From positions 21,136 through 85,135 of the forward strand of contig JAKBHL010000006.1 of assembly GCA_021836725.1 (NCBI GenBank): DNA of 64,000 bases. Reading direction: 5' to 3'. A program made the position numbers and the translations under genes. Shown here piece after piece: positions 61,005 to 64,000 of this stretch (position 1 is its first letter; each line of letters opens with the position of its first letter). Under the pieces are notes generated by a model. That model did no database searches. It was not told where the DNA came from and saw nothing but the letters and a program-made list of their open reading frames with translations. The stretch is from a bacterium. Lineage in GTDB: Bacteria; Patescibacteriota; Minisyncoccia; Phycocordibacterales; Phycocordibacteraceae.

Positions 61005-61607
61005 CTAGGTTTCTTTGCGGTTGGTGAGTGCCGCGCGAAGCGTCTCGGCATCGGAGTATTCCAGTTCGCTGCCAGTCGCAAGGCCGCGACCGAGCTCTGA
61101 GACCTTCACGTGATCGCGATAGGGCTGCAGAAGCGCCCGCACGTGATCAGCCGTGTGTTCGCCCTCGCTCGTTGCTGAAAGCGCGAGCACGACCTCTTTC
61201 AATCCCGTTTTCAAACGCTTTTCAACGCTCCGCACGAGCTCTTTTTCCCGGATGCCGCCTTTCCCGGAGAGAGTGAGTACGCCGCCGAGCACGAAATAAC
61301 GGCCCTTATAGGTGCCTGCGCGCTCTACGGCAGCAAGGTCCTGGTCTTTTTCTACGAGCATCAAAAGCGAATCGTCACGCCTCCCCTCACCACAGTAGTC
61401 GCAGACGGCCGCCGCCGTGCCGTTGTAGAAGCGCAGGCACTCGGGGCACTGGCGCACGTTTTTACCGAGCGACACGATGAGTTCGGCGAGTTTCGCGCGC
61501 TCCGCAGGAGGCGCCGCAAGCAGGTAAAAGACGAAACGCTTGCCCTGGCGCGGCCCGATCCCCGGAAGGCGGGAAAGCGCTTGTGCGAGTTCGTCAATCT
61601 TGTCCAT
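61005..61607 (-). CDS. recR: recombination protein RecR
   Basis: LSRLPGIGPRQGKRFVFYLL (HhH), C4 zinc finger CPECLRFYNGTAAAVCDYC, Toprim domain. Confidence 0.85.
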   Translation of the reverse strand: MDKIDELAQALSRLPGIGPRQGKRFVFYLLAAPPAERAKLAELIVSLGKNVRQCPECLRFYNGTAAAVCDYCGEGRRDDSLLMLVEKDQDLAAVERAGTYKGRYFVLGGVLTLSGKGGIREKELVRSVEKRLKTGLKEVVLALSATSEGEHTADHVRALLQPYRDHVKVSELGRGLATGSELEYSDAETLRAALTNRKET

Positions 61608-61618
61608 AACCTAACAGC

Positions 61619-61762
61619 GAATGCGTAATTTTGGAACACGCGTCGGCTCGCCCAGCCGCTTGCCGCGCTCACTCTCGCCGCTGCAAATTTCGGCGCAGCC
61701 TCCCTTCGGCGCCGAAATTGCCATGCTGCAGCGGCTCCGAGAGTTTCCAAAATTACGCATTC
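61619..61762. other. 144-bp structured element filling the dnaB-recR intergenic space (perfect 18-bp terminal inverted repeats plus an internal near-perfect 13-14-bp hairpin)
   Basis: GAATGCGTAATTTTGGAA...GCAAATTTCGGCGC-AGCCTCCCTTCG-GCGCCGAAATTGC...TTCCAAAATTACGCATTC. Ends 12 nt from the recR start codon. Confidence 0.6.
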
Positions 61763-61777
61763 GCTGTGTCGTCATGA

Positions 61778-63154
61778 TTAAAACTCCGCCGCGAGTTCGC
61801 CGTATCCCGACTTATCGACCGGCTGGAACGTGGCGCGTTTCTCGTCGAAATACAGTTCGGTCATGCCGGTCGGGCCGTTCCGGTGCTTCTCGACGAGTAT
61901 TTCCGCGATATTCGGGCGATCGCTCTCGGGATTGCGCTTGTCTTCGCGATGGATGAAAAGGACGACGTCTGCGTCCTGTTCGATGGAACCGGAGTCACGC
62001 AAATCGCTCAGACGCGGCTTCCCGCCGCGCTGTTCCACCGCGCGGGAGAGCTGCGAGAGCGCGATGACCGGCACGGAAAGCTCGCGCGCGAGCGATTTGA
62101 GCGAGCGGGAAATCTCGGTTACCTGCTGGACGAGCGAGTCGGAGGCTTTGGTCGACGTCGGAGCCATGAGCTGGAGATAATCGACGATGATAAGCCCGAT
62201 GCCGCGTTCCCGTTTGAGCCTTCGCGCGACCGCGCGCATCGAGAGGATATTGTTCCCCGGCTTGTCATCGATGAAAATGGGCGCTTTTGAGAGCGATTCA
62301 AGCGCGTCGCGGATACGGCCGAAATCTTCTTCTTCTTTCACTTGTCCGGTGCGCAATTTCCACGAGTTGACGAAAGATTCCGCGGCGAGCATGCGGTCGA
62401 TGAGCTGCTCGGAACTCATTTCAAGCGAGAAGATGCCGACGGGGACGTTATGACGCACGGCGGCGTTGCGCGCGATGTCAAGGGCGAGCGATGTTTTTCC
62501 CATCGAGGGCCGCGCGGCGATGATAACGAGGTCGGAAGGATGGAAGCCCGAAAGGAGGTTGTCGAGGGCGGGGAAACCCGATGGAACTCCGCGTATGCCG
62601 TCCTCTTTCTTCGAGAGCGCCTCGATGCGGTCCCACGCTTCATGGATTTTATCGCCGATCGCGGTGAATTTATGCGCAGCGGACGCATTGCCGATGGCAT
62701 ATATGCTTTTCTCGGCTTCATCGAGGACTTCCATCGTCTCGCGCGCATCATCATAGGCGGATTCGGTAATGTTATATGCCGCATCGATCAGGGAACGCAT
62801 CAGGAACTTGCGCGAGACAAGCTCGGCATAATAAGAGAAATTTCCCGGCGCCGGCGCGGAACCGGCAAGCTCAGCGAGATAACTGCGCCCTCCCGCGCGC
62901 TCCAGAGTGCCCTGGTTCTGCATGCGCTCAGAGAGCGACAGGAGATCGATCGGCTCGCCGCGCTCCGCGAGTTCGCGCATGGAGCCGAATATAAGGCGGT
63001 GTTTTTCCGCATAGAAGGAATCGGGACGGATGAGATCTGAAACGTCATGAATAGCCTCGGGTTTCAGGAGCAGGGCGCCTAAAAGCGCGCGCTCGGACTC
63101 GAGAGATTGGGGCGGGATGCGGTCAGCGGCGGCCATTGCGGCCAATTGTATCAA
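61778..63154 (-). CDS. dnaB: replicative DNA helicase DnaB
   Basis: N-terminal DnaB domain (PPQSLESERALLGALLL), Walker A AARPSMGKTSLAL, LIIVDYLQLM. Confidence 0.85.
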   Translation of the reverse strand: MIQLAAMAAADRIPPQSLESERALLGALLLKPEAIHDVSDLIRPDSFYAEKHRLIFGSMRELAERGEPIDLLSLSERMQNQGTLERAGGRSYLAELAGSAPAPGNFSYYAELVSRKFLMRSLIDAAYNITESAYDDARETMEVLDEAEKSIYAIGNASAAHKFTAIGDKIHEAWDRIEALSKKEDGIRGVPSGFPALDNLLSGFHPSDLVIIAARPSMGKTSLALDIARNAAVRHNVPVGIFSLEMSSEQLIDRMLAAESFVNSWKLRTGQVKEEEDFGRIRDALESLSKAPIFIDDKPGNNILSMRAVARRLKRERGIGLIIVDYLQLMAPTSTKASDSLVQQVTEISRSLKSLARELSVPVIALSQLSRAVEQRGGKPRLSDLRDSGSIEQDADVVLFIHREDKRNPESDRPNIAEILVEKHRNGPTGMTELYFDEKRATFQPVDKSGYGELAAEF

Positions 63155-64000
63155 AAAGAGGCCCGAGTCAACACCGGCCCCTGAGGCCCGTCATCCACAC
63201 GATATCCCCTGTGCGAAATGGCATCCCGGATGCGGTCGGCTTCCGCGAAGTTTCCGGACGCGCGCGAGGCCTCGCGCCGGACGAGCATTTCCCGGATGTC
63301 TTCCGGCGCATCCGTCTTCGCCACCGCCTCCGGCAAGGGCGGCGCAAGGAGCGAGAGACCGAGGTGCGCCTCGGCGTCCTCCAGGAGCCCCCATTTTTCC
63401 TCCGGCGCGTATTCTTCGCTCCGGAGCGTATCCCACAGGATGCTGAGAGCCTGCGGCGTCGCGAGATCGTCGCGCATCGCGGCTAGGAAACGCTCACGCG
63501 CTTCCGATCGCGCGCTGCGGTGTTTCGATTCGTGCGCGATATCGTTTGCGAGTTTCCACAGCCGCTCAAGCGCGCTTGAAGCGCCCGCAAGCGCCTCAAA
63601 GGAAAAGGAAAGAGGCGTCCGATAATGCGCCTGGAGGAAAAAGTAGCGCACGGCAAGCGGAGAGAACCCCTTTTCGATAACCTCTGATAGGTAGACGACA
63701 TTCCCCAATGACTTCGAGGCCTTGTCACCTCCCATCAGAAGGAAAGCGCCGTGCATCCAGTAGCGGACGAACGGCCGCCCGTTTGCCGCCTCCGATTGGG
63801 CGATTTCATTGTTGTGATGGATGCTGATGTGGTCTTCGCCGCCGGTGTGGATGTCTATCTCTTGCCCGAGGAGAGCGCGGATCATCGCCGAGCACTCGAT
63901 ATGCCAGCCGGGGTTGCCGCGCCCCCACGGGCTGTCCCATTGCTGAAGATCTCCCCTCCGTGCGGTGCGCCAGAGGACGAAATCGGCAGGGGAGCGCTTC
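63151..64000 (-). CDS. cysS: cysteinyl-tRNA synthetase (3' portion; 5' end beyond the window)
   Basis: KASKSLGN (KMSKS-type) and, in frame beyond the track [22 protein letters not shown]...[23 protein letters not shown]. The stop overlaps the dnaB start by 4 nt. Confidence 0.8.
   Translation of the reverse strand, partial: KRSPADFVLWRTARRGDLQQWDSPWGRGNPGWHIECSAMIRALLGQEIDIHTGGEDHISIHHNNEIAQSEAANGRPFVRYWMHGAFLLMGGDKASKSLGNVVYLSEVIEKGFSPLAVRYFFLQAHYRTPLSFSFEALAGASSALERLWKLANDIAHESKHRSARSEARERFLAAMRDDLATPQALSILWDTLRSEEYAPEEKWGLLEDAEAHLGLSLLAPPLPEAVAKTDAPEDIREMLVRREASRASGNFAEADRIRDAISHRGYRVDDGPQGPVLTRASF

Noticed and set aside
61619-61762. SRP (4.5S) RNA gene in the dnaB-recR spacer
   Set aside because: Considered because SRP RNA often precedes dnaX-ybaB-recR. 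The conserved domain-IV signature (GGUCAGGUCCGGAAGGAAGCAGCC-like) is absent on either strand. Kept only as an unclassified hairpin element.
1-64000. CRISPR arrays, rRNA genes, reverse transcriptases (retron/DGR), integrases or transposases
   Set aside because: I scanned for short regularly spaced direct repeats, for rRNA-like conserved stretches and for RT (YxDD), tyrosine-recombinase (R..H..R..Y) or DDE motifs in the ORF translations. None found. The mobile-looking regions here lack their own recombinase.

Overview
This is a 64-kb window of a high-GC bacterial chromosome. Core genes look GC-rich by eye. Several visibly AT-richer patches interrupt it, at about 12.4-16.1 kb, 19.9-23.6 kb, 26.3-29.2 kb and 30.5-30.9 kb. 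The core content is cell-envelope, division and housekeeping genes on both strands: queC, a cold-shock protein, fmt-def, hpf, murA divergent from mreB, a short holB, frr, rseP, proS, a second mreB with mreC-mreD-mrdA, greA, lysS, mraZ-rsmH-ftsL-ftsI-murF (ftsI abuts murF with no murE between), a type IV pilin, rmuC, rplU, a DEAD-box helicase, recR, dnaB and a partial cysS. Two tRNAs are present on the minus strand, Asn-GTT and Glu-CTC. No rRNA or CRISPR array is present. The most notable observations are these. (1) A family of about 150-bp palindromic repeat elements bounded by about 21-bp terminal inverted repeats sits in at least six intergenic sites, including one composite and one degenerate copy. 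(2) A nested insertion hotspot lies at the 3' end of a sensor histidine-kinase gene, whose last about 75 bp are present three times. The copies bracket a hicBA module and a two-gene cassette that encodes a large protein with a C-terminal CYTH-like domain. (3) A tight three-gene operon encodes an E1/ThiF-like adenylyltransferase with an N-terminal extension, a Glu/Leu/Phe/Val-type amino-acid dehydrogenase and a PaaK-family adenylate-forming ligase. (4) An AT-rich patch holds two paralogous TrmB-like regulators opposite a Zn-ribbon, GTP-cyclohydrolase-II-like and cytidylate-kinase-like operon. (5) A roughly 70-bp direct repeat that includes the 3' end of tRNA-Asn brackets a 3.3-kb segment with no integrase. 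The short HolB, editing-domain-less ProRS and reduced dcw cluster hint at a reduced-genome lineage, but nothing in the window confirms this. All functional calls are motif-level inferences from the translated ORFs. No database search was possible.
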